From a virus (Duplodnaviria; Caudoviricetes): a DNA stretch of 62,638 nt. The notes under the pieces are model-generated. The model saw nothing but the letters and a program-made list of their open reading frames with translations, ran no database searches and was not told where the DNA came from. Shown one piece after another: positions 34,680 to 44,127 of this stretch. Numbering within the stretch: position 1 is the first letter of the stretch; each line of letters begins with the position of its first letter. The position numbers and the translations under genes are program-made. Location: positions 1-62,638 of IMG/VR virus record IMGVR_UViG_3300046792_000108; one strand, written 5' to 3'.

Positions 34680-35405
34680 ATGAACCCTATTCTACAACCC
34701 GTCGATGACCTACTGAATCAGAAAGACCAAGCAATTCTTCTGCTGCAGAAAGCAGCTGACCTAACTCGAAGCACGTCTGTCTTCCCAGACCTCGAGTGTT
34801 CTCCTTGGCTTGTGGCACCAGGTACAGCAGCCAATACCCCAGGGTCTGGTGCAACTATGATACCGAGCCAAGCTATCCCATCTACCAACAGTGCCTGGCT
34901 GGGGATAACTCCACAGGATCCGTGGGCCAATGCCTACTTTTACAAAAGGTTAGGAGCAGACGCATCCAAGAACACTTTCACGTTTGAACTCTTCGCCTTA
35001 TTTGCTGACATGTTCTCTTCCCAGGCATCCAATTGTGTAGAACTGGACATCCAGCAGGTCATAACTGGACTCGGATTCAATCCGGGATTCCAGTTTGATT
35101 TCGGAGGCAATCGCCTGCGGGTATGGGACAGAAACTCAAAGCAATGGATCGCCACTGGACAACCTTGCCAGCGGTGGACTCCGGGGCAGTGGAACCACAT
35201 TGTATTCGAGGCGCACCGAGACAACACAACCATCTACCATGATGCGCTCACTTTGAACGGAGCACGGATCGTATTGGGGCAGAGTTTTCCAGCACCACAC
35301 CTGTCGCTTCCCGATATGCTGAACTGTGCTATCCAGTTGGACGGAAACAAGGCGGCTCAACCACACAAACTTTACCTGGACCGAGTGAAGTTCACAGCGA
35401 GGTAA
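34680..35405 (+). CDS. Concanavalin/LamG-like beta-sandwich protein
   Basis: Trp-rich, WTPGQWNHIVF, ends YLDRVKF. Confidence 0.6.
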   Translation: MNPILQPVDDLLNQKDQAILLLQKAADLTRSTSVFPDLECSPWLVAPGTAANTPGSGATMIPSQAIPSTNSAWLGITPQDPWANAYFYKRLGADASKNTFTFELFALFADMFSSQASNCVELDIQQVITGLGFNPGFQFDFGGNRLRVWDRNSKQWIATGQPCQRWTPGQWNHIVFEAHRDNTTIYHDALTLNGARIVLGQSFPAPHLSLPDMLNCAIQLDGNKAAQPHKLYLDRVKFTAR

Positions 35406-35459
35406 TTCACATGAAAGCTCTTTTTATTAAGGACGGAGAGGACATGCACATTGAACTGA

Positions 35460-36203
35460 TTGCCGAAGACCAGGAAGAAAGAGAACAGTTGCTTAAACAC
35501 TGGGAATTTGAGTCGATGGCAGTCAGCTGTGAGGAGTGGAGAGAATGTGCCTGTGATTAAAACTGGACGACAACGCGGGGACAACCGTAAGATATACGGG
35601 AGCAAGCCTGGCAGGTTGAGCAAGCGTAATCCTATCAATGATGATCAGGTCGGCACAGCTCATGCCAAGCGCAGCAGGTTCATCGACCATTACATGGTTA
35701 ATCTATCTGTGAAAGAGGCTGCTCAGGCTGTGGACATCTCCATACGCCAGGGGAGCAAGTATCTCAATAAACCTGAGATTCAGCTTGAGATTCAGGAACG
35801 CATGGAACGGCGCTCTCAGCGGTTACAGATCGACAGTGACTACGTGCTTGAGACAATCCGTGATACTGTGGAACGGTGCAGATCTCTCAAATCTGTCAGG
35901 ACTCGGGAAGGAATTCCCATCTTAGTCCATGTCCCAGATCACGGCGAGGCAATGGCTTTAGTTGAATTTGACGCTATGGCTGTGCTTAAAGGATGCGAGC
36001 TCCTTGGCAAACACTTGAAGATGTTTACTGAGAAATTCGTGCTTGACTTTGAGGATATTGAAAACATGACAGACCAGCAACTGTCGGTCCTGGCGAACAG
36101 GATCCGCCGCGCATTGATGAAAAAATCGGCTATTGATGGTGATCAATCGGACACAACAGTCACTCAACAACCCAGGTTGACGGAGGGAGTTGAGCTTGGC
36201 TAG
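35460..36203 (+). CDS. terS: Terminase small subunit
   Basis: FIDHY..N..EAA..YLNKPEIQ..IDSDYVL..ELLGKHLKMF; start probably ~35547. Confidence 0.88.
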   Translation: MPKTRKKENSCLNTGNLSRWQSAVRSGENVPVIKTGRQRGDNRKIYGSKPGRLSKRNPINDDQVGTAHAKRSRFIDHYMVNLSVKEAAQAVDISIRQGSKYLNKPEIQLEIQERMERRSQRLQIDSDYVLETIRDTVERCRSLKSVRTREGIPILVHVPDHGEAMALVEFDAMAVLKGCELLGKHLKMFTEKFVLDFEDIENMTDQQLSVLANRIRRALMKKSAIDGDQSDTTVTQQPRLTEGVELG

Positions 36204-37098
36204 TCACTCCACAGATTTGGAGTTCTTGAATGCTTTTTTGCTTAATGAGCAACGAAAGCGGGTCACTCTCCGCGCTAAGCATCGTAAGATCGACACTTAT
36301 TACCCTGACGAGGGACCGCTTCGCCGAGAACTCTACCCCAGACACCTGGAGTTTTTTGCCGCAGGAGGAAAACATCAGCCTAGTCCTGCCTGCCCTCCAG
36401 GTTGTGATGGGAAGCCACACACAGAAAGATGCTTCCTCGCCGCTAACCGTGTGGGAAAAACGGAAGGTGTGGGCGCCTACGAGATGGCACTTCACTTGAC
36501 CGGTGATTATCCAGCCTGGTGGCCTGGCCGTCGATTCAGCCATGCTACTCGATGCTGGGCTGCCGGTGATACTTCCAAGACTGTTCACCTGGAAATCCTG
36601 CAACCGAAACTCCTAGGGATGCCTGGTCAGTTTGGTACTGGTATGATTCCTGGAGATAAGATTAAGGACTTGACCAGGAAAGTTGGAATGCCAGATGCCA
36701 TCGAGACCATTTATGTGTATCACGCTGCTGTGACAAGAGACTCATCCTTCCCCGGAAGCAAAAAAGCTCATGAGGTTTCGATTCTCACATTAAAATCGTA
36801 TGAGCAGGGCAGAGAATCGTTTCAGGGAACTGAGAAAGATGTAATTTGGCTTGATGAAGAGTGTGACAGGGAGATTTACACTGAATGTCTGCTCCGCCTC
36901 TTGGCTGTAATACCTGGCAAAGCCAACGGACTTATGATCTTGACCTTTACACCGCTTGAGGGAATGACCGACATTGTGAGGGATTTCCTCGGCATGAACG
37001 AATCTACCACCCCAGGAGCTGTTGGAAGCCCTGAGATGGAGAATTTTGGAACCCCGAAAGGAGAATTGACTCATGGACGTATTAAAACCGTTTCGTAA
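36190..37098 (+). CDS. terL: Terminase large subunit, N-terminal ATPase part (P22 gp2-like)
   Basis: AANRVGKT, KSYEQGRESFQG, WLDEE, TFTPLEG. Confidence 0.93.
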   Translation: MSLASHSTDLEFLNAFLLNEQRKRVTLRAKHRKIDTYYPDEGPLRRELYPRHLEFFAAGGKHQPSPACPPGCDGKPHTERCFLAANRVGKTEGVGAYEMALHLTGDYPAWWPGRRFSHATRCWAAGDTSKTVHLEILQPKLLGMPGQFGTGMIPGDKIKDLTRKVGMPDAIETIYVYHAAVTRDSSFPGSKKAHEVSILTLKSYEQGRESFQGTEKDVIWLDEECDREIYTECLLRLLAVIPGKANGLMILTFTPLEGMTDIVRDFLGMNESTTPGAVGSPEMENFGTPKGELTHGRIKTVS

Positions 37099-37669
37099 CT
37101 TCTTCTCTCAACCTAAAGAAACCGATATCACCCGCAGGAATTTCCTGCTTGGAGCTAGTGCTGTCACAGGATTGGTTGTGGCAAGCCGAGTTTTTCCGTT
37201 CCGCACTTACAGCTTTGCACCTCAACTCCATTCCCTGAGTGTACCTGGTTCACTGTTTAAAGTCGGTGACAGATTCTCGACTCCTACTGGAGTGATTTAT
37301 GAGGTGACTGGGATAGGAGAGTCAGATCACACAGTGGATGCTCTCAGGTATTCTGTTCCTCTTACCGTGATCAACGAGTATGACTTCCGAAATCAGTCTA
37401 AGTTGATTAGTCGAGTTGATGAACTTTACGGGTTTGGTTATGTTGACCCGAAAGCTGACTGGACTGAGCCTTCTACAATACGTCAAAGGTTGATGATGGA
37501 TTCAAGACTAAAGAACTTCAAAGCATCCCTACACGATATTCATCTTAGAGGAATAAATGTCAACCGGGATATTCACGGGGAAAGGAAGTTTGAACTTGAA
37601 AGGAACGGTTCAGTTAACAAGATCATTACGAGATTTTATCAAGGAGAGGAGCATAATGAGCCCAGTTAA
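37073..37669 (+). CDS. Twin-arginine-signal protein with coat- and terminase-like peptide segments
   Basis: TRRNFLLG plus hydrophobic stretch; FKVGD, DHTVDALRY, RVDELYGFG; AAAGGAG RBS. Confidence 0.8.
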   Translation: MDVLKPFRNFFSQPKETDITRRNFLLGASAVTGLVVASRVFPFRTYSFAPQLHSLSVPGSLFKVGDRFSTPTGVIYEVTGIGESDHTVDALRYSVPLTVINEYDFRNQSKLISRVDELYGFGYVDPKADWTEPSTIRQRLMMDSRLKNFKASLHDIHLRGINVNRDIHGERKFELERNGSVNKIITRFYQGEEHNEPS

Positions 37670-38126
37670 AGATATTCATCTGATGTCCGACGAAGAGATT
37701 GTCAAACTCGTCGGTGAAGCCCATAACCACGTCAAGCAAGTTCACAACATCGACAAAGATCATGCGGAGTTTGACAAGTTCCTGGCAATGCATCCTTATT
37801 ACGCAGATGCCGTCGCCGAGTATAAGAGGCGGAATCTCGGTGAAACTCTTAAGAAAGGTGATGTTATCAGCATCCCGAGTATCAATCTCGTCAACCCGAA
37901 AAGTTCATCCTCAGTTGAGATCCCACAGAAGTCAGAAGAAGCACAGAATCCGATTCCTGAGGGATCTGGTCAAGAGGTTCCTCTGATTCCTCCCGAAGGA
38001 AAACTTCCGTCAGAGGAAGTCCCAGCCCACAAGCTGGAAGAAGCTATCAAGAAGGAAGAACCAAACATCACCGACGAGCAGTTGAAAGAAGAAGTCAAGC
38101 TCCGTAAGGAAGAAACCAAGAGCTAA
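37656..38126 (+). CDS. Acidic protein with coat-like segment
   Basis: GETLKKGDVISIPSINLVNPKS; RBS AAGGAGAGG before ATG 37656. Confidence 0.8.
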   Translation: MSPVKDIHLMSDEEIVKLVGEAHNHVKQVHNIDKDHAEFDKFLAMHPYYADAVAEYKRRNLGETLKKGDVISIPSINLVNPKSSSSVEIPQKSEEAQNPIPEGSGQEVPLIPPEGKLPSEEVPAHKLEEAIKKEEPNITDEQLKEEVKLRKEETKS

Positions 38127-38851
38127 TGTCCAGGTTTGTCATCACCGCAACGTGGGACGATGTACCTCATCTCAGCGAGGAAGCGAAGTCTCAACTCCTC
38201 GCTGGGATTCCTCCTTATCAGAGGGACGCCAGGACGAAAGGAATTCCTCAGTTAGGTTCTGGAGCTATCTATCCTGTCCCTGAGCAAGATATCTTGGTGA
38301 ACGATTTTCCAATCCCGACCTGGTACCCTCAAGGTTATGGGATGGATGTTGGGTGGAACCGGACTGCTGCACTTTGGGGTGCATTAGACCGAGAAAAAGA
38401 CATTCTATACCTGACATCAGAACATTATCGTGGTCAGGCAGAACCTATTGTCCACGCTACAGCAATCCGAGCTCGTGGCTCGTGGATACCCGGAGTGATT
38501 GATCCCGCAGCTCGTCAGAGGGGACAGAAAGATGGCATTCGGCTGATGCAGACTTACATTGAACTTGGGCTGGATTTGTCAAAGGCTGTAAATGCTGTAG
38601 AATCAGGAATTTATCTTGTGTGGCAGCGGTTGAGCACTGGTAGGCTCAAGGTGTTCCGCAGCATGAGTAACTGGCTGTTGGAATACCGAGTCTACCAGAG
38701 GGACACGGATGGAAAGATCGTGAAAGAGAATGATCACTTGATGGATGCTATGAGGTATCTGGTAGTATCCGGTATTCATCGAATGATCACACAACCTTTT
38801 GAAGAAAGCCATGAAAGCAAACCTCCTCGCATCGTAAGTGCTTGGGGGTAA
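38126..38851 (+). CDS. terL: Terminase large subunit, C-terminal lid plus nuclease part
   Basis: TWDDVPHL, GSGAIYP, GMDVGW, IDPAA, DHLMDAMRY; TAATG coupling. Confidence 0.93.
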   Translation: MSRFVITATWDDVPHLSEEAKSQLLAGIPPYQRDARTKGIPQLGSGAIYPVPEQDILVNDFPIPTWYPQGYGMDVGWNRTAALWGALDREKDILYLTSEHYRGQAEPIVHATAIRARGSWIPGVIDPAARQRGQKDGIRLMQTYIELGLDLSKAVNAVESGIYLVWQRLSTGRLKVFRSMSNWLLEYRVYQRDTDGKIVKENDHLMDAMRYLVVSGIHRMITQPFEESHESKPPRIVSAWG

Positions 38852-38860
38852 GGAGACTAA

Positions 38861-39154
38861 ATGAACTTTTTGAAAAAACTACACCCAGTATTTCAATTCA
38901 TCATCATTGGAGTACTGTTGATTCTGTTCTTCTACACCTGCATCCACTTCCGGGTAGGTCCTCTCCCGGCATTTATACTGTTCATCGTCCTGTTGCCACT
39001 AGGAGCTTCAATCACAACTCATGTGGAAAACCAGCTCCAGTACAACCTGGAGGACACAGAGATGGACTTGCTTCGAAACATTGAGGCTCGAGTCGTCGGA
39101 GACGAGAAGAAGGTATTGCAGAAAGTTAAGTCAATACTGGGGAAGAAAGCATGA
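38861..39154 (+). CDS. Two-TM membrane protein
   Basis: Two hydrophobic helices; TAAGGAG RBS. Confidence 0.7.
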   Translation: MNFLKKLHPVFQFIIIGVLLILFFYTCIHFRVGPLPAFILFIVLLPLGASITTHVENQLQYNLEDTEMDLLRNIEARVVGDEKKVLQKVKSILGKKA

Positions 39155-39963
39155 AAAAGCTTTTATTCTTTTTTCTCTTGTATTTGCCTGCCTTCGGACA
39201 GATTACGAACTACGTGACAGGAAATTTGGGGGCCGCCGGATCAACCTGTTCTACAACTTCTCCTTTCAACTGTGTAGTTCTTCAACTCCCCCCTGGTACA
39301 CAGAGTGTTGGGATCAATATCTCAGGTACTTGGGTAGCAACTGTTCAGTTTGAAGGGACGACAAATAATGGTAACACTTGGGTAGCTGTAACTTCGTTTC
39401 CTGTCCCAAACGGGTTGGCTGTAACATCTTCTACGACTAATGGGACCTGGGTCTCTTCGACTGCCGGATTCACGCATGTGAGGGTGAGAAACTCAGCATT
39501 TACCAGCGGGACTGTTGTAGTTGAACTTTCTGCCTCATTCGCTACAAATCTGGGAGAAGCTTTAGATTCTAGTGGGAGAGTAATCACTACCTCTACTGCC
39601 GGAGTCCCTCTTAGCTATACCGCTCAACAAGGAGCTACTCTTCTGAATGCAGCACCTACAGTTAGTGGAGCTAATGCTGCGGCAGTAGTAACCTTAACTG
39701 GGGCTGCGGGGTTTAGAGTGTGTGTTAGATTTATCGCAGTGAAGGCAACCGGGGCTGCGGCTACTAGCACCCTGACTGTTTCAGATGGAGCAACCGTTGT
39801 ATTAGACCTAGGAACCATCTCTGCAACGCTTGCTGGACCTTCAATCAATTTCTTCAATGCCGTTCTTCTGTGTGGTTCTCCGGGGAACAACGTTGTGGTT
39901 AATATCGGAGCCGGTGGAGTTGGAGCTATTACAACCACCAGTGTGATTGCGGATAGACAATGA
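39151..39963 (+). CDS. Signal-peptide-bearing putative virion protein
   Basis: MKKLLFFFLLYLPAFG|Q; GTW..TVQFEGT.NG..W beta-sandwich pattern. Confidence 0.75.
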   Translation: MKKLLFFFLLYLPAFGQITNYVTGNLGAAGSTCSTTSPFNCVVLQLPPGTQSVGINISGTWVATVQFEGTTNNGNTWVAVTSFPVPNGLAVTSSTTNGTWVSSTAGFTHVRVRNSAFTSGTVVVELSASFATNLGEALDSSGRVITTSTAGVPLSYTAQQGATLLNAAPTVSGANAAAVVTLTGAAGFRVCVRFIAVKATGAAATSTLTVSDGATVVLDLGTISATLAGPSINFFNAVLLCGSPGNNVVVNIGAGGVGAITTTSVIADRQ

Positions 39964-40121
39964 AAAATCATCCAGGTTTCAAATCAGTCCAGGCCTCTAT
40001 TGAAAAACGTGGAGGTTACAGTAAGGAAGCAGCTGGAGCTATCCTCGCTTCGGCAACCCGAAAGACCTCTGCAAAAGCCAAGAAAGCTAACCCTCGCCTA
40101 AAACGCGTGAAAGGGAAATGA
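39960..40121 (+). CDS. Small basic protein (53 aa)
   Basis: MKNHPGFKSVQASI..AGAILASATRK..ANPRLKRVKGK; ATGA overlaps at both ends. Confidence 0.75.
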   Translation: MKNHPGFKSVQASIEKRGGYSKEAAGAILASATRKTSAKAKKANPRLKRVKGK

Positions 40122-40420
40122 TGGGCTCAGTAAAAAGCTCTGCTTACAGTCATAGGGTAGGGAGAAAGAATATCCCGGCTCCAAAGCTAAGATCAATCGA
40201 GATTTCCCCTGGTGCAGATGGTGGACATTCAGTTCAACACCACATGGACTTTGGGGACGGTCCTTACTTAGGACAGCCGAAACCTTTTGTATTTGGTTCA
40301 ACAGAGGGTCCAGCTCTAGCTACTCATCTCTCAAAACACCTCGGAATCAAAGGGATCAAGCCGAGAAACACTGCCCAAAAGAATGTGGCAGAAGCCGAAG
40401 AGGAAGCTGAAGGTGAATAA
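40118..40420 (+). CDS. Hypothetical protein
   Basis: Coupled in late operon. Confidence 0.7.
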   Translation: MMGSVKSSAYSHRVGRKNIPAPKLRSIEISPGADGGHSVQHHMDFGDGPYLGQPKPFVFGSTEGPALATHLSKHLGIKGIKPRNTAQKNVAEAEEEAEGE

Positions 40421-40620
40421 TGCCAGAATTCCTCGAGAAAAAACTTGCTAGTTCTGCTCGTAAGAAAGGGTTAAAGGGGCGAAAGGCAAAACAATACATT
40501 TATGGGGCAATGAACAACCTTGGGGCAATGCACGGTAACCAGGAAACTGCTAGAGGTGTCGAGATGGATCGCCTCCATTCAGGTTTCAAAAGCGTGAGGA
40601 GAGCTACTCGTGGAAAATGA
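40420..40620 (+). CDS. Small basic protein
   Basis: MPEFLEKKL..YIYGAMNNLGAM.G. Confidence 0.75.
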   Translation: MPEFLEKKLASSARKKGLKGRKAKQYIYGAMNNLGAMHGNQETARGVEMDRLHSGFKSVRRATRGK

Positions 40621-40855
40621 CAAACAGATTTCTCGGCAGATAGCTAAGGATTTTGTTGGAATCCTGGCAAAGAATAGACCTGGGTTGAGTAAAGAAGCTA
40701 TGCTTGGTGCGTTAGTCAAAGACGATGCTCATCTTCGGGAGTTTCTGCTGACTATCCCCTCAGGAAAACGACGAGAAGTCTACCTGGCTCTAAGGCTCCA
40801 TCTTAACTTTACCCCAAAACCGTTTCTTCTCCTTATGAAGGTGATAAATGGCTGA
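40610..40855 (+). CDS. Hypothetical protein
   Basis: GAGGAG RBS, overlaps portal start. Confidence 0.7.
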   Translation: MENDKQISRQIAKDFVGILAKNRPGLSKEAMLGALVKDDAHLREFLLTIPSGKRREVYLALRLHLNFTPKPFLLLMKVING

Positions 40856-42953
40856 AGATCGCACAGACGAGACCAAAGAACTACTCGAAAAATACGACAC
40901 GTATCTCGAAGAATGGAGGCCAATACGGGATGCCGGGAACAAGGACATGAAGTCTGTGGCAGGAGACCCGTGGGACCCAGCAGAACGCCAGAATCGTGAG
41001 ACCAATGATCGTGTGTGTATCACTGCTGATGAACTCAATCAATATATTAACCAGCTCAATAACAATGTGAGACAGAACAAACGTGGCCCCAAAGTCACTC
41101 CACTGGGCAATGGTGCCAATGACAAGTCTGCTGAGTGGATTACCGGCATGATTCGTGGCATAGAATTTGAGAGTCGAGCTGATCAGGCCTATATCTGTGC
41201 CTTTGAGAATGCTTCCTCTCGTAGTTACGGGTTTTGGGTCATCCGGAAGAGGTATGTCAATGAGAGGAGCTTTAATCAGAAACTAGTCATTGACCGAATC
41301 CCAAATCCCAACTCGGTGCTAATGGATCCGTTCATTAAGAAGATCGACGGTTCTGACCAGAAGGGGTGTTTCGTCGTCGATCGGATGCCCAAAACTGAGT
41401 TCAAGAGGAGATGGAAGAAAGCCAGGACGGTTGACTTCAATAATGAGCATCAAACCTACGCCCCTAAGTGGTTGGATGATAAGACTATCCAGGTAGGAGA
41501 ACATTGGTACATCGAAGAAGACCCAGATACCCTGATCGAGTTTGTTACTCCACAAGCGATCCAGACTATGCTCAAGTCTGAGATTAAAGAGAAGAAATAC
41601 ATTCTCCAGGATAGCGGAGTTATGCTTCCAGACGGTAAAGTCTATCCCATAACCCATGAACGAGACGTTATGGTACCATCGGTGAAACAACAGTTCACCA
41701 ACGGGATCGAGATTCTTGAGGAGAATGATTGGGAGGGGAAATTCATTCCCGTAATCCCGGTGTTTGGGAAAGAGATCTATGTGGATAAGGGAGCAGGCGA
41801 CGTTCGCATGTTGGAGTCATTGGTCCGTCGAGCCTTAGATCCCTTCATGCTCTACTGTTACTACCGTACTTGTGAGGCAGAGGTTGTGGGACAGACCCCA
41901 AAGACTCCTTTTGTAGGAGCTGTTGGTCAATTCAAGAGTGATAAGGCCTCGTGGGAGAATCTCCATAAGGTTCCTCGTTCTTTTGTTCAGTATGATGTTG
42001 TGACAGACCAGAACGGGACCCCACTTCCTCCACCCTCTCGTCCACAGTATGAGCCCGCAATTCAGGCTTTAGAGCTAGGTGCTGAGGCAATGAAACGCCA
42101 AATCCAGAGCTCAATAGGTATGTATAATACCTCTGTGGGAAGGGCAGATACGAAAGCAAGCTCTGGAGTGGCCATTTCGAAGTTAGATCAGCAAAGTGAT
42201 CAAGGGACTTTCCACTTCATTCAGAATTTTGATTTCTCGCTTCAACACAGCTATCGTTGTATGGTGGATTTATTCGATGATATCTATGATACTCCTCGTC
42301 AAGTTGCTATGGTGGACAAAGAAGGGAAATTTGGATTCTTCCACCTAACGATGGGTCCGAATGGGGAGATCATCGAACACAACGGAGAACATGATGTTAC
42401 CGTTGTGACAGGACCAAGCTTCGATTCCCAACGAGATGAGGTGGATGATTTCATAACTAATCTTGCTAAGATTCCTCAGATGTTTGGTCTGGTCGCTGAT
42501 CTTCTGGTCAAGGCTAAGAATATGGGTCCTCTTGGGGATCAGATTGCGGATAGATTAACTCCTCCACAGTTTAAACAACCCGCCCCGATGCCACCTGAAG
42601 CTCAACAAGCTCTTCAAGGGATGCAACAGAAGCTCATGGCTATCAATGCACACTCTCAACAGGTCGAGAAAAGACTTGCCCAGCTTGTGCAGGAGAAACA
42701 GGCTAAGATCATTGATAATCAATTCAAACAGGCAATGCAAACTATGGATCAACAGACCCAGCTTGCCATTGCCTGGATCAAGGCCAAAGTCGATGTGGGG
42801 ACTCAACTCGGAGAGCAAGAGTGGAAAGAACTTGAGCTGATACACAACTCAGCTCTTGAGGCTGCGAAACTCGCAGCTCAACATGCCCATGAGTTTAGTA
42901 TGGCACAGTTTGAGGCTGAGAACCAGCCTGAGCCAGCAACACCGGTTCAATAG
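40848..42953 (+). CDS. Portal protein (P22-like)
   Basis: 701 aa, GDPWD..R, GKFIPVIPVFG, SGVAI, Q-rich C-terminal coiled coil; position. Confidence 0.92.
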   Translation: MAEDRTDETKELLEKYDTYLEEWRPIRDAGNKDMKSVAGDPWDPAERQNRETNDRVCITADELNQYINQLNNNVRQNKRGPKVTPLGNGANDKSAEWITGMIRGIEFESRADQAYICAFENASSRSYGFWVIRKRYVNERSFNQKLVIDRIPNPNSVLMDPFIKKIDGSDQKGCFVVDRMPKTEFKRRWKKARTVDFNNEHQTYAPKWLDDKTIQVGEHWYIEEDPDTLIEFVTPQAIQTMLKSEIKEKKYILQDSGVMLPDGKVYPITHERDVMVPSVKQQFTNGIEILEENDWEGKFIPVIPVFGKEIYVDKGAGDVRMLESLVRRALDPFMLYCYYRTCEAEVVGQTPKTPFVGAVGQFKSDKASWENLHKVPRSFVQYDVVTDQNGTPLPPPSRPQYEPAIQALELGAEAMKRQIQSSIGMYNTSVGRADTKASSGVAISKLDQQSDQGTFHFIQNFDFSLQHSYRCMVDLFDDIYDTPRQVAMVDKEGKFGFFHLTMGPNGEIIEHNGEHDVTVVTGPSFDSQRDEVDDFITNLAKIPQMFGLVADLLVKAKNMGPLGDQIADRLTPPQFKQPAPMPPEAQQALQGMQQKLMAINAHSQQVEKRLAQLVQEKQAKIIDNQFKQAMQTMDQQTQLAIAWIKAKVDVGTQLGEQEWKELELIHNSALEAAKLAAQHAHEFSMAQFEAENQPEPATPVQ

Positions 42954-42998
42954 GTTCAAACCGCCGCCGGGGCGTTAACCGTGCGAGAAGGAGATAGT

Positions 42999-44111
42999 AT
43001 GCCAGTTAAAGAAGACGTAAAAGAGGAAGTCCAGCAGGAAGAATCTACTGAGAAAGAACTAACTCAGGAAGAGTCTACGTCAACTGCGGAATCGAACACG
43101 GAAGCGCTTTCCAACTTAACTCCAGACCAATATAAGGAATGGAGGGCGAGCGGGAAGTTACCGGAAACCACAGAAACCAAGAAGGTTGTAAAGAAAGAAC
43201 CTATCAAGGAAACTGTGGATGATGAGGAAGAGGAGGAGGAAACTCCGAAACCTTCCAAAAAGATGTCACGGTCTGAGGCTCGTAGGAATGAGTTGAATGA
43301 GGAGATTCGGAATCTTGCCACGAAACGTCAACAGGAAGAGCAAGCCCTGAATGACATCCTGGAGAAGAAAAAGAAAGCTGCTGAGCCTCCTGAGGAGAAG
43401 AAGGAAGAACCAAAAACTATTAGCCTTAAAGACCTGGTGGCAAAGGTCAAAGCAAGAGCTGACAAAGGAGAGTTTGCCTCATACGAGGAAGTCGTTGCGG
43501 CAACCGCCGAAACACTGATCGAAGAAAGAGGCATGATCAGCGAATCGAAACTACAGAAGATGCTATCAGATGCGATGGATAAGTTCAAAACCGACTGGGT
43601 GAAAGAACAGAAAGACGCCCAGGAAAAGACTACGGTTGAAACTCAGAGGAAAGCTCAGGAAACTGAGTGGGTGAATAAGGTAAATGAAGCTGAGAAGAAA
43701 CATTCTGACTACAAGGAAGTTTGTTTCTCCAAGGACAGTCCAGCTGCTCGAATCAAATCGGGTAGTCCTCTGGACAGGGCCATTCTTAAACACAAATCTG
43801 GGGCTGAACTGCTTTATCACGTCTGTAGCATCGAAGGAGAAGTAGAGCGTATCAATGCCTTGGACCCCGATCTCGATCAGCCGGCTGAGATCAAAGCCAT
43901 CATCGCTAAGTTTTCTGAGGAGCCTGAGAAAGAGACTCCTACTCCACCTACTACGAGGGCCAAAAAGCCTCCGACAGAAGCATCCGGTCGTTCATCTGCG
44001 ACTGCTGATGCCTCAGAGGCAGCTCTCAAGAACAAAGACGTTGGAGCTTATATGTTAGCTGAGAACGCCAAAGAGCAAGCTAGGCGTAAAGCTGCATTAG
44101 GACTCAAATAG
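42999..44111 (+). CDS. Scaffolding protein
   Basis: Acidic and helical, between portal and coat; GAELLYH..RINAL. Confidence 0.82.
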   Translation: MPVKEDVKEEVQQEESTEKELTQEESTSTAESNTEALSNLTPDQYKEWRASGKLPETTETKKVVKKEPIKETVDDEEEEEETPKPSKKMSRSEARRNELNEEIRNLATKRQQEEQALNDILEKKKKAAEPPEEKKEEPKTISLKDLVAKVKARADKGEFASYEEVVAATAETLIEERGMISESKLQKMLSDAMDKFKTDWVKEQKDAQEKTTVETQRKAQETEWVNKVNEAEKKHSDYKEVCFSKDSPAARIKSGSPLDRAILKHKSGAELLYHVCSIEGEVERINALDPDLDQPAEIKAIIAKFSEEPEKETPTPPTTRAKKPPTEASGRSSATADASEAALKNKDVGAYMLAENAKEQARRKAALGLK

Positions 44112-44127
44112 TCTTGAGGACTAAGTA

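Noticed and set aside
37099-38125. Self-splicing intron or intein in terL
   Set aside because: The gap is wall-to-wall coding with RBSs, has no homing-endonuclease or intein motifs, and the downstream part has its own coupled start. Splicing is not formally excluded.
42954-42998. Scaffold leader RNA element
   Set aside because: GC-rich and plausible by analogy to P22 autoregulation, but the pairing is too short to support from one sequence.
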